Positions 22,928-35,979 of a stretch of 64,000 bases of DNA are shown piece by piece. The notes under the pieces were generated by a model. The model was not told where the DNA came from, made no database searches, and was given only the letters and a program-made list of their open reading frames with translations. Positions within the stretch are counted from its first letter, which is position 1; every line of letters starts with the position of its first letter. Position numbers and translations under genes: made by a program. The stretch comes from Centroscyllium fabricii (Eukaryota). Where the stretch lies: contig JBNRSN020000029.1 in NCBI GenBank assembly GCA_051313645.2, forward strand, positions 22,506,001 through 22,570,000, written 5' to 3'.

Positions 22928-23992
22928 GAGGTGATAACCCATCCGAGAATTGCAACTATTGGGAAAGGAATTGTCATAGTTATATTTCATATTTCCTGGC
23001 AGCGGTCCTACATTCACAGTAGAAGCTCCGCCGACTGGCAGGAAATGGGAACAGGATTGAGCCATTCAGCCCTTCGAGCCTTTTCCGCCATTCAGTGAGA
23101 TCATGTCTGACCTGGATCTTAAATTCATCCACCTGCTTTGACTCCAAATCCATTCCTACCCTTACCTACACATATTTATCGAGCACAGATTTAAATTGTT
23201 GATTTAAATGGCAAAAGAACTAAATGTGAGATGATGAGGTTTTTTTATTCCTCAGAGGTTAGTTATGATCTGGATTGCATTGCCTGAACTGTTGTTGGAA
23301 GCAGGTCCGGCAGCAGATCCATCACTGTAGTAACTTTCAGCAGGGAATTGGATAACTATTTGATGACGAACAATGTGCAGGGCTGTGGGGAAAGTGCGTC
23401 GTTCACTGCTTCTATGATGCGACAATCCTCTACCTCAGTGAGCTTGTGTTTTCACCGGTAAACCTGAGGTCACGGCTTTAATTCCTGTCTGAGCAGGCAG
23501 GGACTTTCTCACCTTTAGTGTGGTGTTTCTCTTCTTCTCGCTCTATGATTCGCTTTATTACTCTCTGTTGCTGTCTTTCTTTCCGTGTGTCAGTGTCTCT
23601 GTAGGTTTCATTCATTCTCATTCTTTTTCTGTACGCTTTTCTAATTGGGTCTCTGTTTATCCGTCCAACTATTTATTTCTCTCAGTCACTCTCTCCATCG
23701 CTCCCCACATCATTTTACTCTGCTTCTCATTAATTAACCATTTAATAAGCGTTGGTTCAGTTTGAGCTTGCTGACCTTGGGTGTTTGATATTCTTAATTC
23801 AAAAATATGTGCGTTATTGACGGGAGTGTTACATGTTCTGTCGGCTAAAAGCCGAGGGGTTACCTGTTGGTTACGAACGGTCAGCTAAAGGCGTTACCTG
23901 CCCAGCTGCTGTGATCTTCAGTTCAGTTTTTCACAGGTCGCAGTTTTAGAAAATGTCTTTATCCTCTCACATTTTCAGATTATGCTGATGTC

Positions 23993-25600
23993 AGAACATA
24001 AGAACATAAGAAATAGGAGCAGGAGTCGACTAATCGGCCCCTCGAGCCTGCTTCACCATTCAATAAGATAATGGCTGATCTGATTCTAACCACCAATCTA
24101 CTATCACAGAACCATCTCCTCAATCTAAAAGAATCAGACACACGAAATAGGAGCAGGATCAGGCTACACGGTCCCGGGACCCGCTCCACTACCCACAGGG
24201 CCATGACCGATCTGAACCTATACTCATGTCCAAATTCCTGCCCGCTCACCGTAACCCTTAATCCCTTTTAATTCTAGGAAGCTGTCTATTTCTGTTTTAA
24301 ATTTATGTAATGATGTAGCTTCAATAGCTTTTTGGGCAGCATGTTGAATGGACCTACTACCCTCTGAGTGAAGAAGTTTCTCCTCATCTCAGTTTTGAAA
24401 GAGCAGCCCCTTATTCTAAGTTTATGCCCCCTAGTTCTAGTTTCACCCTTCATCGGGAACACCCTCCCTGCTTCCACCCGATCCAACCCTTTCACAATAT
24501 TATATGTTTCAATAAGATCGCCCCTCATTCATCTGAACTCCAATGATTAGAGTCCCAATCCACTCAACCTATCCTCATATGTCCAACCCCTCATCCCTGG
24601 CATTAACCGAGTGAACCTTCTTTGTACCGACTCGAGAGCGAGTATGTCCTTTCTTAAGTATGGACACCAAAACTGTACGCAGTATTCCTGGGGTGGTCTC
24701 ACCAATACCATGTACAAGTGAAGCAACACCTCCGTATTTTTATATTCTATTTCCTTAGCAATGAAAGACAACATTCCACTGGCCTTCTTAATCACTTGAT
24801 GTACCTGCATACTAATATTTTGTGTTTCGTGCACCAGGACCCCCAGATCGCTTTGCACATAGTACTTTCCAGTTTCTTGCCATTAAGATAATAACTGGCT
24901 CTCCGGTTTTTCCTGCCAAAGTGCATAACCTCACACTTTCTAGTATTGTATTCCATCTGCCGAATCTCTGCACACTCACTTAGCATGTCCATGTCCCCCT
25001 GCAGGTTTTTTATGCCCTCCTCCCTCACTACTTTGCCTCCCATCTCAGTATCATCTGCAAACTCTGATATGTTACAATCGGTCCCCCCCTCCAAATCGTT
25101 AATATAGTTTGTAAAGAGTTGGGGACCCAGCACTGACCCTTGCAGAACACCAATAGTTACCCATTGCCAGTCTGAGAATGAAACATTTATCCCAACTCTC
25201 TGCCTTCTATTAGATAGCCAATCCTCTATCTCAGGCAGAATATTACATCCAATTCCGTGATTTTTTATTTTTAGCAATAATCGTTTCTGTGGCACCTTGT
25301 CAAATGCCTTTTGAAAGTCTAAATACACTACGTCCACTGGTTCCCATTTAGCCACCCTATATGTTACTTCCTCAAAGAACTCTAACAAATTTGTCAAACA
25401 AGACATCCCCTTCATAAAACAATGCTGGCTTTGTCCTATTAAATTATGTTCATCCAAATGTCTTGTTACTGTCTCCTTAATAATGGACTCCAAAATTTTA
25501 CCCATGACAGATGTTAGGCTAACCGGTCTATAGTTTCCAGCCTTATGTCTACTGACCTTTCTAAATAAGTGTGTTACATTAGAAGTTTTCCAGTCTGCCT
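23993..25600 (-). mobile_element. CR1 LINE RT fragment with frameshifts (paralog ~57858-59445)
   Basis: ORF 24792-25505: YLDFQKAFDKVP, QGSVLGPQLF, FADDT; (TTCTTATG)n tail. Confidence 0.93.
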
Positions 25601-25690
25601 GGATTGTAGTTTACGCTGCGCTGAAAACTAAATTTCGAATCTGCAAGGGATTTGTTAAATTTTCAGGCACTGCACGGCTGTGCTTGTGTC

Positions 25691-25773
25691 ACCAGGATGG
25701 CCGAGTGGTTAAGGCGTTGGACTTAAGATCCAATGGACATGTGTCCGCGTGCGATCGACCCCCACTCCTGGTA
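25691..25773 (+). tRNA. tRNA-Leu(TAA), near-intact but T-arm/B box altered (possible pseudogene)
   Basis: ACCAGGATGGCCGAGTGGTTAAGGCGTTGGACTTAAGATCCAATGGACATGTGTCCGCGTGCGATCGACCCCCACTCCTGGTA. Confidence 0.85.
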
Positions 25774-28700
25774 GATGCTCCGGCAACGGGGGTTGAAAAT
25801 AAGAACTAAAACTAGTTTTGGTATGAAACCGTTTAAAAGTATTTTGATGTCTGCAACGGTTGATGCCTCATTTATAATTCACCTTTTAAGACAGCGTTCC
25901 TTTATTGACAACTGGTGTTCTAAACACAGGAACAGGAGGAGGCCATTCAGACCCTTGAGCCTGTTCGCCATTCACTTAATTAATGTCTGAGCTGTGTCTT
26001 AACTCCGTCCATCTGCTTTGGCTCCACATCATTTGAACGCACGTCTATCAAAAACCTACCGATCTCTGATGTATATTATTAATTGAGGTGACATATGCTG
26101 CTATTTTTGGGAGAGAGTCCCACACTGCTACCAGTCTTCGCGTGAAAAAAATGCTTCTTCACTTATTTGCCGAATGGCCTGCCTCTGATTTTATGATTAT
26201 GTCCCTTTGTCCTAGACTCCACCACCAACGGCGAAAAAAGATTTATCTGTATCTACCTTATCAATTCCTTTCAAAATCTTAAAACGCTCAATCAAATCCC
26301 CACAACCTTCTATATTCCAGGAGGTAGAATCCCAGTTTATGTTATCTCTCCTCATAGTTTAACCATTGGAGCGCTGGAAACGTTCTGGTGAATGTGCGCT
26401 TCACTCCCTCGAAGGTGATTCTATCCTTTCTAACGGGCAGTGTCCAGAGCTGTACAAGAATTCCAGATGTGGTCTTACCAGGTCTCAGTGTAGTTGTAGA
26501 ATAACGTCCTCTCCTTGAAATTGCAGCCCTCGTTATTAAGCCTAACATGCTATGAGGTCTTTTGCTTATTTTCGTTGTCTGTGTACATGGTCCCGAAATC
26601 ACTTTGGAGTTCCACTGTTCCGAGCTGTGCTCCATATAATTAATACTCGGATCTACCTTTTTGGTCTATAATGAATGACGACATAATTACCTGCGTTGCC
26701 ATCCATCAGCCAATGTTCCATCCATTCACTTAATCTATCAATATATCTTTGTAATTATATGCTGCTGTTTAAACGACTTACCGTACAACCAGCCTTTGCA
26801 TCACCGGCAAACTTGGATATATGGCTCTCTATTGTGTTTTCTAAGTCATTAATGACTATAGAAGGAACCATTTATTTAATATCAATATTTATAAACGGGC
26901 CATGCTGGGACAATCTGACAGGGTCTGTGGGGAGAGGAAGTTAGAGGTAAGGTTTCAGCTCGATGGACATCTGTTCCTCCAAATAAACATCACGCAAGTG
27001 TTAGTGTTTAAATAGTAAAAAAGAGAACTCACACTCCTATAGCACCTTTCACGACCTTGGGGCGTCCCAATTGCTCACCAATGCTCATGTTGAGTCACGA
27101 CAGTACCACTAGGTTCCAGCCATCATTAGAGCCTTGATCGTAGCATGGCCAAAGGAGCTGAATTCTAAAGTCGATGTGAGAGTGATTGCTCTTAGAATCA
27201 AAACAGCATTAGACCACGTGTTGCATCAAGGATACCGAGTAAAATTGACATCAATGGAATCTGTGGGGTGACGGGTGGGGAAATTCCACTGCTGGAGACA
27301 CACCTAACAAAAGGAAAGATGATTGTGTTTGTTGGAGGCCAATCATGTCATCACCTGGACATCACTGCAGGAATTAATCTTCACCTGCTTCATCAATGAC
27401 CTTCCCTCTATAATAAGGCCAGAAGTGGGGATGTTCAGCAATGATTGCAAAGTGTTCATTTCCATTCTCATCTCATCAGATAATGAAGCAATCCTGGCCT
27501 GCATGCAGCAAGACCTGGACAACATTCAGGCTTGGGCTGAAACGTGGGACGTAACAATCGCGCTACACAAGTGCCAAAGTTTCTTCCACAGCACTTCCAA
27601 CAACCGCGAACTGTAACTCCTAGAAAGACAAGAGCAGTTAGCGCATGGGAAGACCGCCACCTGCAAGTTCCCCTCCAAGGCCTACACAATCCGGACATGG
27701 AAATATATCGTTGTTCCTTCATTGTCGCCGGGTCAAAATCAGGGAATTCCTTCCCGAAGAACACTGTGGGTAACTTCGCCTCACGGACTGCAGTGGTTCA
27801 AAAAGACGCTCATTACCTCCTTCTCAAGGGCAGTTGGAGATGTGCAATAAATGCTGGTATTTCCAGCGACACCTCATCAAGTGAATGGCGGATTTTTAAA
27901 ACATTGCTTTACAGAAAATGATGTTTCCTTGAAGCGTAATCACTGCTTGTAATGCAGGAAAAAGCGGCAGCCAAATTCTACACAGCAAGATCCCACTGGT
28001 GATTTTGGCTGTCCGACACAGAAATTCCCAGGACTCCTTGGCGAACTTTCTACCTCTTAGAATCATAGATATCTTAGAAATTTGCCGCACAGAATGAGGG
28101 CCATCGGCTCTGGTCGAAGGAGCTATCCAGCCTAATCACACTTCCCAACTATTGGTCCGTAGCCTTGCAGTCTACGGCACATCAAGAGCATATCCAAGTA
28201 CCTTTCAAATATGGTGAGTGTTTCTGCCTCTACCACCATTTTAGGTAGTGAGTTACAGACCCCACCACCCTTTGGGTGAAAACCAGTTCTCCTCAACTCC
28301 CCTCTAATCCTTCCACCAATCACATTTTATATCTCTGCCTCCTTGTTATTGACCTCTCTGATAACTGAAATAGGTGCTTCCTATCCACTCTCGCTCGGCC
28401 GCTCATAATTTTAGACTCCTCAGTTAAGTCTCCCCTCCGCCTCCGCTGCTCCAAAGAAAATAACTCCAGCCTATCCAATCTTTCCTCAGAGTCAAACCTC
28501 TCTAGTTCTGGCAACAACCAAAGGACAAGAGTGGACTCAGATTGAATGTAATTGGCAAATGAACCAGAGGGGAGATGAGGATATGTTTTATTACCTTGCG
28601 ATTTGTTATAATCTGTAATGCTCTGCCTGAAATGGTGGTGGAATCAGATTCAATAGTAACTTTCAAAAGGGGAATTGGATAAATACTTGAATTGGAAAAT

Positions 28701-28960
28701 TTTGCTGGGGTATGGGGAACGAGCTGGGAATAATTGGATTCCTCTTTCAAGAGCACGACGGAGCAATTCGCCTCCTTCTGTGATGTATGATTCTATAATT
28801 CTTTGAAAGTTTTTATGAAAGGATTTATGGAAATTGGGCTGTTATCTTCCGGCTCCACTACCTCTGTTTAATTCTGTGCACAAGCGACTGTTCTGTTTGA
28901 ACCTCATTGAAATGATTCGAGGTTCGGTCCCAATGAAGCTCAAGTTAATCGCTGATGTAT

Positions 28961-29028
28961 GGCGTGGTGGCCAAGTGGTAAGGCGTCGGTCGCGTAAACC
29001 GAAGATCATGGGTTCGACCCGCATCTAC
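28961..29028 (+). pseudogene. tRNA-Thr(CGT) interrupted in the acceptor stem; last bases GCCT at 31819-31822
   Basis: Matches 3469-3536; also T33>G and a T-stem mismatch. Confidence 0.92.
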
Positions 29029-30020
29029 ATAGAACATAGAACATACAGCACTGTACAGGCCCTTGGGCCCTCAATGTAGTGCCGCGCTTAGCCCGTCTCC
29101 GATTTTTCCTGTCCCCCCTACTCTTCCTTCCCCTCCACGTACCTATCTATCATCCTTTTAAAAGCTCCCAGACTGTCCACATCCACTATTTCAGATGGTA
29201 GCCTATTCCACTCCCCGACCACTCTCTGTGTAAAGAACTTGCCCCTGCCATCCCTTCTGAATCTTCCTCCTTGAATCTTGTGCTCGTGCCCTCTTGTTGT
29301 CGTTCTTCCCACCCGGGGAAACAGTCTCTGCACGTTTAATCTATCGATCACCTTCATCATCTTGAACATCTCTATTAAGTCCCCCCTCATCCTTCTCCGC
29401 TCCAGGGAGAAGAGTCCCAGCTCCCTCAACCTCTCCTCGTACAACTTTCCCCCCATTCCCGGCAGCATCCTGGTGAATCTCGTCTGCACCCTCTCCAATG
29501 CCTCCACATCCCTCCTGTAGTACGGTGCCCAGAACTGTACACAGTACTCCAAGTGTGGTCTCACCAGTGACCTGTACAGCTGTAGCATGACCTCCAATTT
29601 TTAAACTCTATTCCCCTGTTGATGAAGGCCAATACCCCATAGGCCTTTTTTACTGCCTTATCCACCTGGGTGGCCGCCTTCAATGATCTGTGTACATATA
29701 CTCCCAGATCACTTTGCTCCTCTGTTTCACTCAGGACCCTTCCATTGACCCTATACTCCCTATTCCTATTTGTCCTACCGAAGTGTATCACCTCGCATTT
29801 CCCCGTGTTGAACTCCATTTGCCATTCTTCAGCCCAGCTCTGCATCCTATCTATATCCCTCTGAAGCCTTCTACTTCCTTCCTCCTCATCCACTACTCTC
29901 CCAATCTTTGTGTCATCTGCAAATTTGCTGACCCACCCCTCAGTCCCCTCCTCCAAGTCATCGATAAAGATTACAAACAGTAGTGGCCCCAACACCGACC
30001 CCTGTGGCACCCCACTGGTC
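29029..30020 (-). mobile_element. Young 5'-truncated CR1 LINE, unit B only
   Basis: ORFs 29561-30193 (from SGVPQGSVLGPLLF, KFADDTK) and 29118-29597 joined by one frameshift; (CTATGTT)n tail at 29029. Confidence 0.95.
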
Positions 30021-30134
30021 TCCAACCCGAGTGCCAACATAATAATTTTTTTCTTAAATAAATTGAACCTGCAGCAGAAAAAACACGTTCCTACCCCGAT
30101 CTCGTGCTGTTGATGCCATGCTGAGGAAAAAACC

Positions 30135-30275
30135 GGCTGATCTCCCTCTCCAAACGGCCGATCTCCCGCTCCAAACAGCCGATCACCCCTCAAACGGCTG
30201 ATCTACCGCTCCAGACGACTGATCGCCCCTTGCAAATGGCCGATCTTGTCCAAATGGCCGATATGCTGTTCCCCG
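30135..30275. repeat. ~21-bp minisatellite, about 7 degenerate units
   Basis: Unit GGCCGATCTCCCGCTCCAAAC. Confidence 0.8.
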
Positions 30276-30399
30276 ACTGCGAGCTGGGCCGCAAACATGA
30301 TATCAGCACATGCGCACTGGGGCCAACTCTAAAAACCGTATTTATCCGAAAACCGAGACTCGCCCCGTCCCCAGGTTTTCAGATAAAGGGTTGTGTCCC

Positions 30400-30700
30400 T
30401 GTAGTACCACACAACACGATGGAGGGTGTCCTTGGTGTGAAGATGGGACTTCGTCTCCACAAGGACTGTACAGTGGTCACTGCTGCCAATGCTGTCATGG
30501 ACAGATGCACCTGCAACTGGTAGATTGGTGAGGGCGAGGTCAAGTAGGTTTTTCCCTTATGTTGGTTCTTTTGCCATCTGCCGCAGGCCCAGTCTGGCAG
30601 TTATGTCCTTCAGGACTTGGCCAGCTCAGTCAGTAGTGTTGCTTACCGAACCACTCTTGGTAGTGGACATTGAAGTCCCCCACCCAGAGAACATTCTGTG
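30400..30700 (-). mobile_element. CR1-type endonuclease-region fragment
   Basis: Minus frame NVLWVGDFNVHYQEWFG..PTxGKNLLDLALTNLPV. Confidence 0.7.
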
Positions 30701-30735
30701 TATTGTAGTATCTAACGCCTAACCTAAAATATTAA

Positions 30736-31637
30736 GGGGGAAATATTTGGTTGCTTGCGCCTGCCGTTAGCACTCAAAGACGGCTGCTAATGGGGTGCAA
30801 GCCTGGGCTGATGCCTCCCGCGATATTCAGTGGGTGCCGGCGATGACGCAGTTGAAGTGCGCAGCGCCCCGCTCACGCCCTGGCTGCGAACTTCAGTCAC
30901 GCCCGCTGCCAACGACAGGGTCAGGGGTGCGTGCTTGCAGCACGGGAGTGATATTTAAAGGGGGGGTGGCGGGCGGCCATTATTCTTGCTGGCCGACTGC
31001 CAGCACCTGCCCCCTCTGTCGTCCCCGGCCTTCCCCGATGCCCCCTGATGTAATAATGGAGTCTGATACATCAATAACTTAATCCACTACATTATCACTA
31101 AGTACAAAGACGGGTTTTACCATGCTTCCAGGTGAAGCTTTCTCCCCATACTGAGCAGTTCCAGTATTTATCGTAACAGGAAACAGGAAGTGACATGTAC
31201 AGAGTTCACCCCTTAGTCTTCCCCCGGAAGTCTGTTCAATATTACCACACCCCCCCACCACCGCTGTGTGCTGGCTGTGCTCCGTCAGCCCGGCACTTCC
31301 CTCGAGTGCCGGGCTCCTGCGGCGGCATTGCAATCCCTGGTGGCCCAACGGGGCTCCGGCCGGAACCACGCTAGGCCGCTCCCCTATAATCAGGGGAGAA
31401 TGGCCTGCATTTCCGCGGCGCGGCGTTCTTAATTGCGTGCGCAACGACCCACAGCGCCCGAAATTCAGTTGTTGAGCCTAAAGAATGAGGTGGGGCGCCT
31501 GCAGTAGCGCTCGACCTCCTCCTTGGGGCGCTAAAACCGATTTTCCCGAGGAGCGGCGCGAGCGTTAGCCGGGTGCTAAAAGTAGTGCTCTGCCGAGGTT
31601 AGCGCCCCAAAATGGGCGCCACCGAATTTTTCACCCC
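30736..31637. mobile_element. Putative GC-rich non-autonomous DNA transposon (MITE-like)
   Basis: Imperfect inverted ends GGGGGAAATATTTGGT ... ACCGAATTTTTCACCCC; CpG-rich subterminal blocks. Confidence 0.45.
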
Positions 31638-33470
31638 AACTGTTTATATTTGGAAAGACGATCGGCATGTTTTAACCACGGGTTGTCGTGGATTACTTAC
31701 CAGTGTCTTGTTTGATGTGAAGTGACCTGCAGCTGGACGAGGTGCACTGTATTGTCAAGGGTTTGCACTTTCCAGCCACACTGACACATGAGTGGCATTG
31801 CAGTCCTGGGAGGCCTATGCCTGAGGATGTTATATTACATTTAATTTGAAGTTTTTAAGGTTTCTCCTTTTTATCTCTATCAAAGCCATTAATAATTTTG
31901 ATTTTTTTACCATCTCTCCTCTTGACATTCTTTTCGCTCAGGAGAAAACTCGCAGCTTCTCCAGTCTCTTCATATAAATGAGGGCGCCCATCCCTGGTAT
32001 CATTCCAGTAACATTATTCTGCCCTCTATCCAAGGGCTTGGCTTGTTTTCCAAAGTATGGTGCCCTTAATTGAACGCAATGCTCCAACTGAGGCCTCAAC
32101 ACTGCTTTATAAACGATTAGCATAATTTCATTGGTGTTAGACTCTATTCATCTGTTAATAAAGTAAAGGATCCCCAATCCCTTTTCACAAATTTCTCAAA
32201 TTGTCTTCCCACCTTCATAGATTTGTGCGTGCGCACACCCCATGTGTCACTCTTCCTTCACCCTCCTTCAAATTCTGCCATTTAGAGCTAATTATTAAAT
32301 TGCAGGGGAGATCATTCTGAGCGTTTTCGTGCCAGTGATCTGCAGAGGGAGCTGGTTAAAGGAAATAATCGCCCCATAAAGGTTCTACAATTTAGTTTAC
32401 ATTGTCGCTCCTCATTCCTCCGACCAAAATATATCACTTTGTACTTCTTTACGTTAACTTTCATCTGCCATGTGTGTGCCCATTTCACCAGTTTGTTTCT
32501 GTCATACTCCCCCTTTTGTAGCTCTTAATATCTGCTTCGCGACCCTTTGCTGTTCTTTGAAACGTTCCCATTCACCAGGATCACTGCAATGTTTTGCAAT
32601 TGTGTTTGATTTTTAATGCGGTCTCTTACCTCTTTAGCCATCCATGCCTGTTTTACGGCCAGTTGAGATCTTGCCCCTCAGATGTTTAAACAGATTCTGT
32701 TTCATCTTAAATTGCTTTAGAGCATCTCCCATCTTCTGTACTTTTACCTATGAACAGATTTGTTCAGTTTACTGTGGACAGGCTCTGTCCTGTTAAAGAC
32801 GGACTTACTGAAACCTAGAAGCTTGGTAGCTGTTTCGGATTTCTCCCTTCCAAACACTGCGTTGAACTCGATCATGTTATGCTCTCTATTAAATAGATCT
32901 CCTTGTTTACTAAGACTGATGAAAAATCTTGCTCGTTACTCATTCCTAAGTCTAATATGGCATGCCCCCTTGTTGTCTCTCGGACATATTGTTGTAGAAA
33001 TCTATCCCGGTCACACTGAATAGTTCACTATCTTACTGGTAAGTGCTAGTCTGCTTACCCCAATCTATATGCAAGTTAATATCGCCCATTAATTCAACTC
33101 TGCCTTTATGACGCGCTTGTCTAATCGCTGCATTTACGCAATCTAACACTTCAGACCTGCGACCAGGGAGCCTATGCACAAATCCGACTTTCTTAATCTC
33201 TCAGTCTTAAATAGTTGCCTATTTCTTAATTATACCCATAAATTCTCCACTGTCGTATACCTCTCCTGATATCCTCTCTTAACATTGCATTGATTTAATC
33301 TTGAATCAGTAAGTCTACTCCTCATCCTGCACCATTCCCCTGTCTTTTCTGTAGACTTGCAAAACCACTTCCGCCCCTTTGTATTGTCGCCATCTTGAGA
33401 TTAAGGCTAATATTCCATGAACCTTGAATGTTTTCTACGTGTCCCGTCGTTTGAAATAATTACTGTATGT

Positions 33471-35791
33471 GGACATTTTGGCATTTTGGCAGGACGAACA
33501 TGGAGTGGGAATACACCATGAATGGTAGCACTCTATGGAAGACAGAAGATCAGAGTGACATTGGTGTACAGGTACACAAGTCCTTGAAGGCAGCAGGGCA
33601 GGTGGGTAGGGTGATCAAGAAGTCATATGGGATACTTGCCTTCATTAGCAGGTGCGTAGAATATAAAAATAGGGACGTGAGGATGGAGCTGTACAAAACT
33701 GTGATGAGGCGAAAGATGGAGTATTGTGTGCAGTTCTGGTCGCCACACTATAGGGAGGATGAGAAAGCTTTGGAGAGGGTGCAGAGAAGATTCACCAGGA
33801 TGTTGCCTGGGATGGAGAGCTTCAGCTATGAGGAGAGACTGGACAGGCTGGGGTTGTTTTCCTTGGAGCAGAGGAGGCTGAGAGGGGACATGATTGAGGT
33901 GTACAAAATCGTGAGTGGCATAGATAAGGTAGATGGTGGGGATCTTTTTCCATTGGAGGAAGAGTCAATAACGAAGGGGCATAGATACAGGGTGAGAGGC
34001 AGGAGGTTTTGGGGAGATGTGAGGAAGAACGGTTTCACCCAGAGGGTGGTTGGAGTCTGGAACTCACTGCCTGAAAGGGTGGTAGAGGCGGGAACTGTCA
34101 CAACGTGCAAGAAGCATTTGCATGTACACTTGAAAGGTTACAGCATAAAACGCTACGGTCCAAATGCAGGAAAGTGCGATTAGAATAGACTAGGTTTGGA
34201 TAGGCGGCACGGACGTGTTGAGCCGAAGAGTGAACGCACGGAAGGCCGCGGGTCCTGAAGGCATCACCGGCCGGGCACTCAAAGAAATTGCCGTCCAACT
34301 GGCTGAAGTCTTCAGTGACATCTTCAACCTATCACTGGCGAAGGCAGCTGTCCCTACCTGCTTCAAATCCGCCACCATCATCCCTGTGCCCAAGAAAACG
34401 GCCGTGACGTGCCTGAACGACTACCGCCCTGTTGCACTTACACCCATTATCATGAAGTGCTTCGAGCGGCTGGTCCTGGCCCACATCAAAGCCAGCATCT
34501 CCGCCGCCCTGGACCAATACCAGTTCGCCTACCATGGGAACAGATCTACAGAGGATGATATCACTACGGCTCTTCACTCTGCACTAAACCAACTGGATTG
34601 CAAAGATACATATATCAGAATGCTGTTTATTGACTACAGCTCAGCATTCAACACCATCGTCCCCAGCAAATTGTCTACCAAACTACTCACCCTCGGCCTG
34701 AACACCTCCCTCTGCAACTGGACCCTGGACTTCCTAACCAACAGAGCACAGTCTGTGAAGTTAGGCAACCTCACCTCCCCCCCTTATCCTGAACACGGGG
34801 GGCCCACAATTTTGTGTGCTCATCCCCCTCCTCTACTCCCTCTTCACTCACGACTGTGCGGCTGTCCATGGCTCCAACACGATCATCAAGTTCGCGGATG
34901 ACACCACGGTGGTTGGCCAGATCACCAACAATGACGAATCAGCCTACAGGGATGAGATCCAGCGCCTTGTGGGTTGGTGTGCCGACAACAACCTGGCACT
35001 GAACACCAAGAAAACCAAGGAGATCATAGTGGACTTCCGGATGACTGGAAGAAGAAGACACCCCCCCCCATCTTCATCCAAGGGGCTGAGCTGGAAAGGG
35101 TGTCCAGCTTCAAGTTCCTCGGGGTCCACATCTCGGAAGATCTCTCCTGGTCAATTAACACCTCCTCTCTGGTTAAGAAGTCCCAACAGCACCTGTACTT
35201 CCTAAGGAAGCTGAAGAAAGCCAGGCTGTCATCCGGCATCCTCTCCAACTTCTACCGCTGCACAATAGAAAGCATACTGACAAGCTGCATCACTGTCTGG
35301 TATGGGAATTGCACTATCTCGGACCGGAAAACCCTACAGCGGGTAGTCAAAACTGCCCAACGAATTACCGGTACACAGCTACCGTCAATGGAAAGCATCT
35401 ACCTCAAACGCTGCTTACGGAGGTCTATGAACATTATTAAAGACCCCACACACCCCAGCCACAGTCTGTTCGCCCCCTGCCCTCCGGGAGACGCTACAGA
35501 GCAATTTGCACCCGCACGACTAGATTTCAGAACAGCTTCTTCCCCAGGGCTGTCAGCCTTCTGAACTCTAAAAAGAAACTCCGCTACCTGCACGCCTGAT
35601 AATGTAATTTACTGTATGCAATTTGCATGTAATTTATTTATTTTATTTGCACTACTCTCGGGAGAGTCGAGTCTTCGTCTCGTTGTATTGTACTAGTACT
35701 CTGCAATGACAATAACACATGAATTGAATTGAATTGAATTGAAGGGCCTCTTTCTGTGCTGTATGTCTCTATGACTCTATGACTCTATGAC
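33471..35791 (+). mobile_element. Young CR1 3' fragment whose 3' UTR is split by a Rex1 insertion
   Basis: Open ORF 33467-34183 (EYCVQFWSPHY..RGDMIEVYKI..TQRVVGVWNSLP); (CTATGACT)n tail; possible ATGT TSD. Confidence 0.93.
34229..35740 (+). mobile_element. Rex1/Babar-type LINE, 5'-truncated and frameshifted RT
   Basis: [55 protein letters not shown]; (GAATT)n tail; GAAG TSD at 34225-34228 and 35741-35744. Confidence 0.92.
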
Positions 35792-35979
35792 ATGTAAGCC
35801 TCTGTGCTCATCCACAGTTCCTAATGTCTCACCATTTTGAAATTACTCTAATCCACCATTCTTCTTTTGAAAGTGGTTGATCTCACAGTTATCTGACTTG
35901 TTCAGTATATCCAGACTTTACTTCTTTTATTTCAGATTTCAAGCATCAGCAGCAGTTTGCTTTGGTTTCTATGAAGAAG

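Larger units (their letters stand above)
1..25825. repeat. Large tandem tDNA unit A (arbitrary phase starting at window start)
   Basis: Position 1 AAACCGATTAAAAGGCTTTTGATGTCTGCAACG recurs at 25826 and 59673. Order of tRNAs and TE fragments is colinear between units. Confidence 0.95.

Noticed and set aside
23430-23495. tRNA-like 3' half (TAAACCTGAGGTCACGGCTTTAATTCCTGT)
   Set aside because: Too degenerate to fold or assign.
30135-30275. Short repeats as a possible CRISPR array (also 39584-39724)
   Set aside because: Contiguous tandem units without unique spacers, no cas genes, eukaryotic context.
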